Shown here: positions 13,446-24,103 of the stretch, piece by piece | Layout of the letters: the number at the start of each line of letters is the position of its first letter | Numbering within the stretch: the first letter of the stretch is position 1 | Assembly: GCA_017654855.1 (NCBI GenBank) | Contig: CM030332.1 | Span: 6,944,001 to 7,008,000, forward strand | DNA: 64,000 nt | Source: Podospora anserina | Taxonomy: Eukaryota | Direction of reading: 5' to 3' | Notes under the pieces: generated by a model | What the model saw: only the letters and a program-made list of their open reading frames with translations | Told to the model about the DNA's origin: nothing | Database searches by the model: none | Position numbers and translations under genes: made by a program

Positions 13446-13666
13446 GGTGTAACTACCTTGTGGCGTTTATTTTTGATACAGGAGCTGTGGTCAGAATACC
13501 GCAGCTAGAACGGTGTTTGGTACAATCTTGCTATACATGTCATGAAATCAAAAGTATCCTGCCGCTCGAGCGAGTGTCCTGTTTTACCACGAGCGGGGGT
13601 GGGCTTCTTCCCCAAACCTCCTAGCATATCCCAAAATCCCGACCCAGATCCAACCGCAATCCTTCT

Positions 13667-14992
13667 CTACAAATCCCCGGCCTCGTCTCTGTCCACATAC
13701 CTCTCCAGCCTAGCCTTCAACTCCTCAACCTCAATATCCTTGTCGTCATCCTCCCCAGCATGTCCGTGATGCCCATGAGGCGGAATCAAAACCTTCCCCA
13801 CCACTTGCACAACACCATCGCTGGCAATCCCGTCCTGGAAGATCACCTTGGTGAACCCATTCAGCACAATACTGACCCACCCCTTCCACCTCTTGACGTC
13901 AACCGCGATTGCCTTGTCGTCCAGCAGCGTCTCCAGATCCACATGCCAATACTTTCCGCCCTCTGCATCTTCCACAGCAGCCTTCTCGTCCTTGTGACGA
14001 TTGTAAAAGGCATCGCTGTAGAGGGTCTGGTCGACGACAAAGTGGTACTTGAGCAGTGCCTCGAGGTACTTCAACCCGTGATGGGAGAACAAGAAGGCGT
14101 TGGCGCGGGGGCCGAGACGTCGCCAGGCCGAGTTGGTTGGTGCGAAAAGGGTGCCGCCTTTGTGGTCTGGGACGGAGAGTTCGGTCTTTTCCAGACCGAG
14201 GGAGAAGGTGCTGAAGGTGTTGGGCAGCAGGGAGATGATCTTCTCCTGGGAAGGGGGTGGGATGAGGATGTGGTCAATGGCGTGGATGATGCCGTTTTTG
14301 GCGAGGATGTTGCCGTAGACGATTTTGGAGATGACGTTGACCCTGATGGAGAACAGCAGCCCGGTTGAGATCCTCAGCCGCTGGGGGCGGGAGCCGAGGG
14401 TGTCGAGCGACAGATTGGAGGGCAGGGTGTGCTTGTGGTAAAGATCGACCTTGGTGTGCAGGCCGGGGGCGATGTGGTATTTCAACAGGGCCAGAACGAA
14501 CTCCTTGGGGGGAGGCTTGTCGCCGTGGTGGGGGATGCGCTCAAAGGCTTTGTCGGTAGGGACGAAAAGGGTCTTGTTGTGGGAGGTGGAGTCGAGGAGG
14601 TCCTTGATGTCGGAGAAGTCATCGTTGTCAAGGAGGGAGGCGAACTTGGTGGTGTACTTGTTGGATTTTATCAACTCGTAGATGGTCTTGGTCTTGTCGC
14701 CACGGTGGGGCTTACGCTCGTGAAGAGGCAGAGGGGGTAAGTTGCTGTCACTGTTGAAGCCGTCGAAGCCGTCGAAGCCGTCGAAGGAGTAGCCGTCGAA
14801 TTCGCTGCTGGCCTTTTCGATGCGTTTCTCGATCTTGGTAAAGATCTTGGCCGAGCGGGAGACGGTGGAATCCCACCAGGTTTGTACCAAATCTGGAGAG
14901 ACGGCGGGTTGTTGCTCGTCAAGCTTAATTGCCTGATCAGGGGCAACCAGAGCGGCTGCGGTAGCCGCAAAGAGAACGGTTAGATGCTTCAT
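13667..14992 (-). CDS. Secreted fasciclin (two FAS1 domains), ~441 aa, intronless
   Basis: Signal peptide MKHLTVLFAATAAALVA. FAS1 H1 motifs TLFVPTDKAF and TLFAPTNSAW, LLKYH twice, H2 motifs NGIIHAIDHIL and DGVVQVVGKVL. Confidence 0.92.
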   Translation of the reverse strand: MKHLTVLFAATAAALVAPDQAIKLDEQQPAVSPDLVQTWWDSTVSRSAKIFTKIEKRIEKASSEFDGYSFDGFDGFDGFNSDSNLPPLPLHERKPHRGDKTKTIYELIKSNKYTTKFASLLDNDDFSDIKDLLDSTSHNKTLFVPTDKAFERIPHHGDKPPPKEFVLALLKYHIAPGLHTKVDLYHKHTLPSNLSLDTLGSRPQRLRISTGLLFSIRVNVISKIVYGNILAKNGIIHAIDHILIPPPSQEKIISLLPNTFSTFSLGLEKTELSVPDHKGGTLFAPTNSAWRRLGPRANAFLFSHHGLKYLEALLKYHFVVDQTLYSDAFYNRHKDEKAAVEDAEGGKYWHVDLETLLDDKAIAVDVKRWKGWVSIVLNGFTKVIFQDGIASDGVVQVVGKVLIPPHGHHGHAGEDDDKDIEVEELKARLERYVDRDEAGDL

Positions 14993-16771
14993 GGTCACCA
15001 AGCCCCAGAGCGAGACTATTCCGGATCAGTTTTCAAAGACGAGAACTAGATCTCTCAAGGGAAACTAGGCTCCCCAACTCAGGTTTCCATCTCAGGTTCC
15101 TTCTCAGACTTGTTATACCTGATGGTGGGACGCGCGGACATACAGGCATCCCATCTCCCCATCTCCCCATAACCCCCAATAACGGCGTCATCTGTCGATT
15201 CGGCTCAACTGATTGGCTGCCCACCCCGCAGTTTGAATCGAGAGCCGTTTCGATCCGTCCTCATCGGGATGCTTTGTTCAAGCTTCCTCAATCGTTAGAC
15301 CAAACCTTGTAAAGGTCCCATCTCATGTTCCGCGTATTGCTTATTTGGTATGGCGAACTGTTGGGCAACTGCGTCATTGTCTTGTCACCGAACTTGCTCT
15401 CATTCCGCCAACGGAACAGCGGACAGCACTGAGCCATCCATCATTGACTTGGGAGTGTTCACCTTGGCTGCCAACTTTCGAGGTCGGGCATTCCGTATGC
15501 CCCGAGATCCGATTGCTGCATGTCTGTGGTCGTCCATGTCAACCTGTTTGCGTCGGCGGAAAGGAACCGTTGGTCTTGGATGCCTGTCTATCATTTATGG
15601 AGGGTGGGATTGCTCTCCATGTGTGATAGAGCTCTTCCCCGCATAAGAGGGCTGAGCTTCCATCTTGAAATGTAACGACACAGCAAAAGCTTCAATGCCC
15701 ACATGTGCATCTTTTGATATGCCAGGCATATACCGAGCTATCACACAGCCGGAGAGGCCGGTCTCGCACGTAGGACAGCATGTGTGTCAAGAGATGGCAT
15801 TACTGATGCCTGCCACTCATGATCAGCCAAAGTATTCTTAGAGATATAGATATGTTGAGAAGCCACAGCTGTAACAATGCAAGGTCACAAAGATACCCAG
15901 TTGCCGAGGGTGGATCGAAAGCTAGCACAGCCTCCGGAGCTGCCAACGTCTACGCTTGTTTCAAGTCGGCGCTTGGTACCAGACTGCCGGGTTCTATCAT
16001 TTGTGTTGATGACTTCAAGTGGGGCATCGCCCTCGAAGAATATCTGAGGTGTGAGGTGTAAAAGCTTGGCCTGCTCGTTGTCCACCATGGCTGAGGCACG
16101 GCACGGTGGCGGGGAGGATTGGGAAGAGGGAGCCGGGGGAGGGAGAGGCCACCGGTTTGTCCAGTCAGAATCCTGGAAATCGGTATCTCACCTGCCACAG
16201 CATCCCAAGTCGACGTCCCATCCACCAGTCCCAGAAGGGGTAGGGGTCTCGCTCGCTAACGAGGTCGCTGTTCGTGAGGCTGAAGCGATTAATCTTAAGG
16301 CCCCAAACTGCTGGAGAGCGCGCTGGGCATTTCCACAGTGACCCGACGTGATTTCCGCCTCTTCCATCTGTTCATCCCATTCTGCTCACTTACCAACAGG
16401 TCTTCTCAACTCAACTCATCATCGCATCTCTCTCAATCTCAACATGGCCGTTCTCATGAGTTCTGCTGCCTGACGTTAGCCCAGCCCCCGACACCCATTG
16501 GATCCCTCTTCTTTTTTCTCTCTCAATTCTCACCGAGGAATCTTTTTTTGTTGCAAGGAAGCGTGCTCGTGCTGGTCTTTCATGGTTTTGTCGGGTGCTC
16601 CGTGGTGCTAGCACAGCCTCGCCCATTGTGGGACACAACGCACCGTGGCTTGGACACTCCCTTTCAACGACACGTCGAATTGATTTCTTTACCCGGCGAC
16701 GGCCTCTTTTTCGCTCACCGGCATTTTGCGCATCCGTAAACCAGCGATTGACCGCTCACCGTCTCTGCATC

Positions 16772-19141
16772 ATGCCGGTTTTTGCGGAGCGTTCGGTGCT
16801 CGCCGCCAGGTCGACATCGCCGCTCTCTGCCGGTGCCATTGCGGGGGCAGTGGTAGGATCAGTGGTGGGAGTCCTCATTATCCTGCTCTGCATCTTTCCC
16901 TTTGCAAGACGGCGATGGGTCAACCGTCATGATGAAAACACCTTGGCAGAGATGGGGCAGAGCCCCGGAGGCCCCAACTTCACTCATCCTGATGACGATT
17001 CTACCAAAAAGTATTCAAAGGATCACCTAGTTCCTGGCTCCGATAGTCAAGCTGGCACCGCTCACGAACAACCCGCACACGGCATACCAGATATCAACGG
17101 CCAGAATACATCACCAACAAAGACCAGCTTGGATCAGCTTCCCTCTCAGCCAGCCCTCCCGCAAGGCGTTTCTCTTGACCAAGGTCTCCCGTCGCCCATC
17201 TCGCCATCTGCTTCGCCGTCACCCCGGTCCGAGTCCTTCCCCGGCCAGGCCCAAACTGGAGGCCAGGCAGTATCTTCACCGGCAGCCGGTCCGATCCGCT
17301 CACCAACGAGTGCCTCGTCAAAGTCACGTTCCGCTTCAAAAGGCACCACCGGCAAGGACAGCACACGCCAGTTGAACTTTGACTCTTCGTTCGCTTCGCC
17401 AAGTCGTCAGGGCACTTTTAGCAACATCGTCGAGGAGCCCGAGTCTTTTGAGCCCCCTTCGCAACGCTCCACTTTCCGAGAGAAACTCACTAGTATCTTC
17501 CGGACTTCATCTGGCGAGGGACGTCGGGACAGCAAGCGATCTACCGGCACCCGCTCGTCTTCTGTTCTCACAGGCGATATTCTTGCCTACCAGGAGCCGA
17601 TACCAGGACAACCCGTCGGCCAACCTATTATCGAGGAGCACCATCCCGACCCGAGTGGTCTCAACTGGGGCTATTATAACGACCCGACTCTCCCACCAGG
17701 TAGTGACGCCCTTCCCCAAGGAACGGACCTTTCCCAGTTCAGCGAACCAGTTATTTACACGGAACCAGGAACCTTTACTACCATCCCCAACCCCGCAGAC
17801 TTGACCTTTGTGCCGCCAGCGACTTACGCTTCAGCCTCGGTCTTGCCTAACCCAGTGTCGCCAAGTCAACATCCATTCCCTGGACTTGGACTCGACATCA
17901 CTTCACCTGACGGTGACCAGACTGTCACGCCTATCAACCCACTGCATAGTTTCAGCCAGCGGAATAAAGTTCCAGGGCCACTCCAGCGTGTCGATAGTCT
18001 GCCTCCACCCACCATCGTGTCGGATATCCCGAGTCCCCCGTTCAGCTATACTGCCGGCCCCAGCGGCAACCCTATGGACTTTATGAACCCCACGAATCAG
18101 GTCGAGAGCGCTTGGATGGTCGAACAGGAGATTCTCAAGGCCGAGAACTCGCCATCACCCCCAGCCCCTTCACCGCCAACTGACACCTTCCCACCAACAA
18201 TGGCCCAGGAGCCTCAGCTGCAGTATATCGACCAGAACCACCAGGTCCAGTACATCAACGGAGCTGGCCTGTCACCAGAACCAGAGTATAACTTTGGCCA
18301 GCAAAGCCTTGGCCAGCAGAACCTTGGCCAGCAAAATATTGGCCAACAGAGCCTCAACCTGAACCAGCAAAGCTTTGGTGAACAAAGCTATCAGTCCCCA
18401 CCATATCAGCCTTCATACCAGCAGACGCCAGAGATGGGATTGGTGCAAGATTTTGGCGTTCCATTAGGTTACTACGACGGTAACGGCACCGTGATTCAAG
18501 ATTACTCGACGCCACCACCGTCAGGTCCATCACTTCCCTCGACCGTCCAAAACACCCCTGACACACGCCTCACTGCGTACACGGCATCCCCATCACCGCC
18601 ATCCGAACTCGACCCCCACAATGGAATGTACCTCAACGTCTCTCCCATCCCATCACCAGGCCAGTCCCCACATCCATCATCGACCCTTTCTCCAGGGCTC
18701 TCGGCCCCGTCACCAGCCACACCGGCGGGGTTATCACCCGGGGGACAAGAGAAGGCCTTTGCCTGCAACAAGTGTGATCGCATCTTTGATCAGATCCACA
18801 AGCTCAAGTATGTTCCCATCTCATCCTCTCCTGCAGGCCCGTGTTCTAACACATACACCAGTCACCACAAACGCTACCACGACCGACCGCATGAGTGCCC
18901 ACACGCAGGCTGCACCATGAGATTCGGCACCAAGACCCATCTAGACAGGCACATCAACGACAAGCACTTCAAAACCCGCAAGTTTTACTGCACCGTCCAC
19001 GACTGCCCTTACTCGAAGCAAGGGGGCAAGTCATTCCCACGCAAGGACAACTGGAGGAGACACATGGTCAACAAGCACCAGCTTACACCAACAACGGATC
19101 CCGAGCCGGAGTTTATCGATGAGATGATGGTTGGTGTATAA
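16772..19141 (+). CDS. C2H2 zinc-finger protein (3 fingers) with an N-terminal single transmembrane helix. Exons 16772-18807, 18862-19141; ~771 aa
   Basis: After removing a 54-nt GTATGT...CTAAC...CAG intron: CNKC...HKRYH, CPHAGC...HINDKH and CTVHDC...FPRKDNWRRHMVNKH. Hydrophobic segment GAIAGAVVGSVVGVLIILLCIFPF followed by RRR at aa 21-48. Confidence 0.9.
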   Translation: MPVFAERSVLAARSTSPLSAGAIAGAVVGSVVGVLIILLCIFPFARRRWVNRHDENTLAEMGQSPGGPNFTHPDDDSTKKYSKDHLVPGSDSQAGTAHEQPAHGIPDINGQNTSPTKTSLDQLPSQPALPQGVSLDQGLPSPISPSASPSPRSESFPGQAQTGGQAVSSPAAGPIRSPTSASSKSRSASKGTTGKDSTRQLNFDSSFASPSRQGTFSNIVEEPESFEPPSQRSTFREKLTSIFRTSSGEGRRDSKRSTGTRSSSVLTGDILAYQEPIPGQPVGQPIIEEHHPDPSGLNWGYYNDPTLPPGSDALPQGTDLSQFSEPVIYTEPGTFTTIPNPADLTFVPPATYASASVLPNPVSPSQHPFPGLGLDITSPDGDQTVTPINPLHSFSQRNKVPGPLQRVDSLPPPTIVSDIPSPPFSYTAGPSGNPMDFMNPTNQVESAWMVEQEILKAENSPSPPAPSPPTDTFPPTMAQEPQLQYIDQNHQVQYINGAGLSPEPEYNFGQQSLGQQNLGQQNIGQQSLNLNQQSFGEQSYQSPPYQPSYQQTPEMGLVQDFGVPLGYYDGNGTVIQDYSTPPPSGPSLPSTVQNTPDTRLTAYTASPSPPSELDPHNGMYLNVSPIPSPGQSPHPSSTLSPGLSAPSPATPAGLSPGGQEKAFACNKCDRIFDQIHKLKYVPISSSPAGPCSNTYTSHHKRYHDRPHECPHAGCTMRFGTKTHLDRHINDKHFKTRKFYCTVHDCPYSKQGGKSFPRKDNWRRHMVNKHQLTPTTDPEPEFIDEMMVGV

Positions 19142-19349
19142 TCAACTTTGAAGAAAAAGGGGGGAGCGGGTGGGGGGAATTTATGGCGAGGAGTGCGGAA
19201 CATTCCTCGCAAAGGAAACGTTCGTTTATACCCAACATGGAGGAACAAAATCCAGGAGATACTGGTTTAAAAGCAGGCCATCTATGTTTTTTTCCGGAAG
19301 GGTGGAATTTTTTTCGGGTGATATCAAGCGGGCATTGAAAGCGTTTCAA

Positions 19350-19353
<4 letters not shown>

Positions 19354-19426
<73 letters not shown>
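19354..19426. repeat. (CT)n microsatellite, ~36 units, between the convergent 3' ends
   Basis: Perfect dinucleotide run visible in the sequence. Confidence 0.98.
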
Positions 19427-19428
<2 letters not shown>

Positions 19429-19811
19429 ATATGGAAGACAGGACATAGCATTTCTCTTGCTTTGTTTTTGTACATGTATTTTCGATTTTTTTTTGGGGAT
19501 CAGCGAAAAAGTCATGGAAGGGCTCCTGGCTTGATTTTGATGTTTTTTTTTTTTAGTTCGTAACCCTAGATTTAATAGGGGTAACGACTTTGAAATGGAA
19601 ACGCGCTATACGCGCGGCATTACTTCCGCTTTTTGGTGAGTGTTGATGACCTTTTCTGTCTCGTGTGCGTTACTGATGTGACATGCCTGCACCTGCTCAG
19701 CCATCCATCCAAGCTTTATTTTCGAGTCGTTTGATCTCTTGAAGATCGAACATTACTTTGGTCGTATTGGTATCATCATCTCACACATCTCTCCTCTCCA
19801 ACTTATCCCCC

Positions 19812-20618
19812 TCACTTCATCCCCTTGGCCAACCTCCTCACCAACTTCCTCTGCGCCTCCACCCCCAACCCCCCCTCATCCGTCTCCCTCAACGTCCTCC
19901 CGACCACCACAATAGCCTTCACATCCTCCCCCCCAACCCAAACCTTTCCATTCCTCCCCACCGCAATCTCAAACGCCAACCCCTCCCCCCCTAGCAGCTC
20001 CAGCACTTCCACCTTTCCCTCCTCCTTGCTCTTCGCCATGAGCAACCGTCTGGCAAACTGCAACGAAACATCAAACACCATCCCCCCTTTCAGCTCCCCC
20101 AGGCCGTCCGACTTCCCCGTGGACTGGGAGACACACTCGATCTCGGGATCCATGTGCTTGTTTGCCAAGACCACGCGGGCGTAGACGAGGGCTCCCGGGG
20201 CGAGCTGAGGCCGGGTCTTCTTGGTGGCCGACTCGAAGGAGAGGTGGGGGAGGGTCGCGGGGGGTGTGTAGGGGGATATGGAGGTGAAGTAGAGGTCTGG
20301 GCCGGAGCGGAGGATTTGAGCTATTATTAGGTCGCCTGGGGCTGGGATGTACTATGGATGGGTTAGTGGGAATTGTGAATGGGGGAGGCGGGAAGGGGGA
20401 AGGCGGGGGGGACATACCCGGTTGCTGTTGTATTCCACCCACATGGAGTTCTTTTGGTGGTTGGTGATCAGCTGGCCGGCGACGACGGGGACGATGTCGC
20501 TTGGGGGGACATGGCGGAGGCCGGGGCCAAGGCGGAGCGGTTTGGAGGTGGAGGAGGGGATGAGATCTGGGGAGATGGGGTCGCCGGGGAGGACTAGGGG
20601 GCGTTCGGTGGTTGTCAT
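19812..20618 (-). CDS. rrp40: Exosome complex cap subunit Rrp40. Exons 20618-20418, 20351-19812; ~246 aa
   Basis: VLPGD, LRLGPGLR, spliced NSNR|YIPAPGDLIIAQI, LSFESATKKTRPQL, GELKGGMVFDVS and FEIAVGRNGKVWV (S1 + KH). Intron GTATGT...CTAAC...TAG. Confidence 0.95.
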
Positions 20619-21489
20619 GGTGGGCGCGCGATTGTGATTTTGTGGGTTGTGGTTGTGATTTGGGAAAGATGGCAAGTTTCTCCGATTATTGGGGCTAGAA
20701 TTGGTGTTGTCGTGGCGGCGATAGGGGTATCAAAAAGAGATGGCGGTTTGGGATGTAGGTGTTTGGTTTGGTTTGGTCTGGGGAAATTTCCAGTTCAGCC
20801 TTGCGATGCGGATATCGATTGCGCTTCAGGTGCAGCCTTGGTGGGGCTGTTCGTTCGTTGATCTTGGGTGGGTAAGTTGGGTCCACGGGGCGGGTCACGG
20901 CAACGGGCAGGATTAGGTATAGAGTTAGTCGGCTGCCTGGTATATTTGGCTACAAGACGAAGACAGTGAATCAAAAAGAATCTGAAGAAGCCTGTCGTTC
21001 AAGGCCGCAGAGGTGGTGAAGTCTATTCGACCTTGGGTCTGTAAACCTTCTGGACTTGTGGTTGGGCTGACCTTGGTGGAGTCCAAGCAAGGTTGCTGGT
21101 ACAGCAGTGATCAACGACCATAGCAGCAGTGAACAAGAAAACTCTCTTTCTATGACTACGAGGGTCCCTCCACCTGAGCCTTGTCTTGCTCAGAGAAACT
21201 ATAACTCAGCTTGATAGGTGAATAGGAGACCAAATGCTGCTCCGCGACCAACCGCGCCCCATATTCACCATGTCACTGGTACCTCGATGTGGGCCCCACA
21301 GTGTCCCGCATCCCTGCGAAGACTTGGGCCAATATTTTTTTGACAGTGGAAATTTTTGGATCCCCCACCACTGTTGACCAATTTTTAACTACGAATTGCC
21401 ATTCCCACGCCGCTTCAAGAGACATCATCACCCCTCTTCGGCCTCAAGAATCCTCCCTTCCTTCGCAAATATCGCCAGTTACAGTCAAA

Positions 21490-23312
21490 ATGAGCGGTGC
21501 CAAGTCTGTTGCGCCGGAGAACCGGACCGTCATTGGCTTGACCTTTGGCAACTCCAACAGCTCCATCGCCTACACTGTCGACGATAAGGCTGAGGTTATC
21601 GCCAACGAGGACGGAGGTAAGCATCAGACTCGAGGCCCCTGGTTCCTCCAAGCGCTAACACACCCGGAACAGACCGTCAGATCCCAACAATCCTCTCCTA
21701 CGTCGACGGCGATGAGTACTACGGTCAACAGGCGAAGGCTTTCCTGATCAGAAACCCAAATAACACAGTCGCCTACTTCCGTGACTTCCTCGGGAAAGAG
21801 TATGTGGCCATGTCAGACAACAACGACAGTTACTAACAAGCCCGCAGCTTCGAGCATATCGACCCTACCCACAACCACGCCTCTGCGCACCCCAAGGATG
21901 TTGACGGAGCCGTCTCTTTCACCATCAAGGACAAGGCCGAGGAGGACGCTGAGCCGTCCACCGTTTCCGTCTCCGAGGTTGCCACCCGCTATCTCCGTCG
22001 CCTGGTCGGCTCTGCTTCCGATTACCTTGGCAAGAAGGTCACCTCTGCCGTCATCACCGTCCCTACCAACTTCAACGACAAGCAAAAGGCCGCTCTTCTT
22101 GCTGCTGCCAACGCTGCCGATCTCGAGGTTCTCCAGTTAATCAGCGAGCCTGTCGCTGCGGCGCTCGCCTACGATGCGCGCCCCGAGGCTCAGGTCGAGG
22201 ACAAGATCGTTGTCGTTGCCGAGTTGGGCGGCACCCGCTCCGACGTTGCCGTCATTGCCAGCCGTCAAGGCATGTACACCGTCCTCGCCACTGCCCACGA
22301 CTACGAGTTCAACGGTGTTGCTCTTGACAAGATCCTGATGGATCACTTCGCCAAGGAGTTCCTCAAGCGCAACCCCAGCGCCAAGGACCCCCGTGAGAAC
22401 GCCAGAGGCCTCGCCAAGCTCAAGTTCGAGGCCGAGGCCACCAAGAGGGCCCTCAGCATCGGTGCCAACGCCAGCTTCAGCGTTGAAAGCTTGTCCGACG
22501 GTATCGATTTCGCCAGCACCATCAACCGCCTCCGTTACGAGACTCTTTCCAGGACCGTTTTCGAGGGCATCAACCGCCTGGTTGAGTCTGTCATCAAGAA
22601 GGCTGGCCTTGACGCTCTTGACGTTGACGAGGTCATTCTGTCTGGTGGCACTGCCCACACTCCTCGCATTGCTTCCAACTTCAGCAACATCTTCCCCCAG
22701 ACCACCAGAATCTTGGCCCCCTCCACCAACCCCTATGCCATCAACCCTTCCGAGCTCGGCGCCCGTGGCGCCGCTCTCCAGGCCAGCCTGATCCAGGATT
22801 ACGAGGCCGACGACATCGACCAGTCGACCCACGCTGCCGTCACCACTGTGGCCCACACCAGCAACGCCATTGGTGTCGTCTCTCTGAACGCTGCCGGCGA
22901 GGAGATCTTCGTTCCTGTTGTTCCCGCCGAGACTGCCGTCCCCGCCAAGAGGACAGTCCACGTCGCCGCGCCCAAAGACGGCGGTGATGTTCTTGTCAAG
23001 TTCGTCGAGGGCAACACCCACATCAAGGTTACCAAGCCTGAGCCCAAGCCCAAGGAGGACAAGACCGCCAAGGTCGAGGATGCTGCTGACTCTGACGAAG
23101 AGTCTGACTTCTCCGACGACGACGAGGAAGAAGAGGAGAAGCGCGAGAAGGTATGGAAGATTGGCAACACCCTTGCCGAGGCTGCCATCCGCAATGTGAA
23201 GAAGGGCGGCAAGGTCGAGGTTACTGTCCAGGTCAACGCCGATCTTTCCGTCATTCTCACGACGAGAGAAGTTGGCGCCCAGGGCGGTGTGAGAGGCCAA
23301 CTGAACGCTTAG
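21490..23312 (+). CDS. ssz1: Atypical Hsp70 of the ribosome-associated complex (Ssz1). Exons 21490-21616, 21673-21799, 21848-23312; ~572 aa
   Basis: VIGLTFGNSNSSIA, VIANEDG|DRQIP, ISEPVAAALAY, ELGGTRSD and INRLRYE. The short C-terminus lacks a lid/EEVD, as is typical of Ssz1. Two canonical introns. Confidence 0.93.
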
Positions 23313-23989
23313 AAGGTTGGCGAGCTCGGGCGAGGGCAAACCGTTGATAAAAAGACACAAAAGCTCCTGCTAAAAGGCATGGAGCTGGATGAGTGGACCC
23401 CCCAAGACTTGCTCAGGAATTAGACTACAACTGAGTGGCCGGCTTCCTTGTATACGGGGTGCATTCGGGGAGACTGCCTTGGCGTTGGTTGTGACCATAA
23501 GGCGGGGTCGGATGCATCGGAGGAGGTGGGAGGTTACAAATTGTACGGGCATAGTTGGGACGAGGAGGAGGATGAAGACTTTGAGATAGTGTATGAGTTT
23601 TCGGCGGGGGCTCGGTGATGAGGAAACGGAGAAGGAGGATAACCACCAGCTGCATGGAAGGGTTAAAAGGAAAACGAAAAGGCGCTCGAGACAGGGGAAG
23701 CCTCTATGGAATGGATAGGCAGGCATTGTCATCAATAGACTCAGCGGTTGTTTGTTGATTGTTTCTTCTCATTGTAATGGATATGGTTGGGGGTTTATAT
23801 GGCATGTCATTTGCTGTGGGACGCAGGTGGGCGTATGTGAACTTGCGAGATGGGGGTTGGGAAGCGTAAATATATTATGAATTATGTCATGTGCCAGAAC
23901 GGTTTCAATCAGCCAAATTCAAGTGTCATTAAAAATTGCCCATCCTCTTAGGGGAGGGATGGCTAGTGTTTTAGAAACCAGTGTGTTGC

Positions 23990-23994
<5 letters not shown>

Positions 23995-24021
<27 letters not shown>
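23995..24021. repeat. (CA)n microsatellite
   Basis: Perfect run visible in the sequence. Confidence 0.95.
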
Positions 24022-24103
24022 TGTCCAACAACAAAAGAAACAAACCGCCCGCTTGCTTGCTCTTTTCCCAACTGAAAACTCATCACCCCAGCCAACAACC
24101 TGA

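Noticed and set aside
16595-16771. N-terminal ORF extensions from GTG/TTG starts (also at 15001, 26878, 36958 and 42540)
   Set aside because: Artefacts of a prokaryote-style ORF track; the first ATG in good context gives the expected N-termini
22137-23360. 407-aa minus-strand ORF
   Set aside because: Antisense to the highly biased ssz1 CDS
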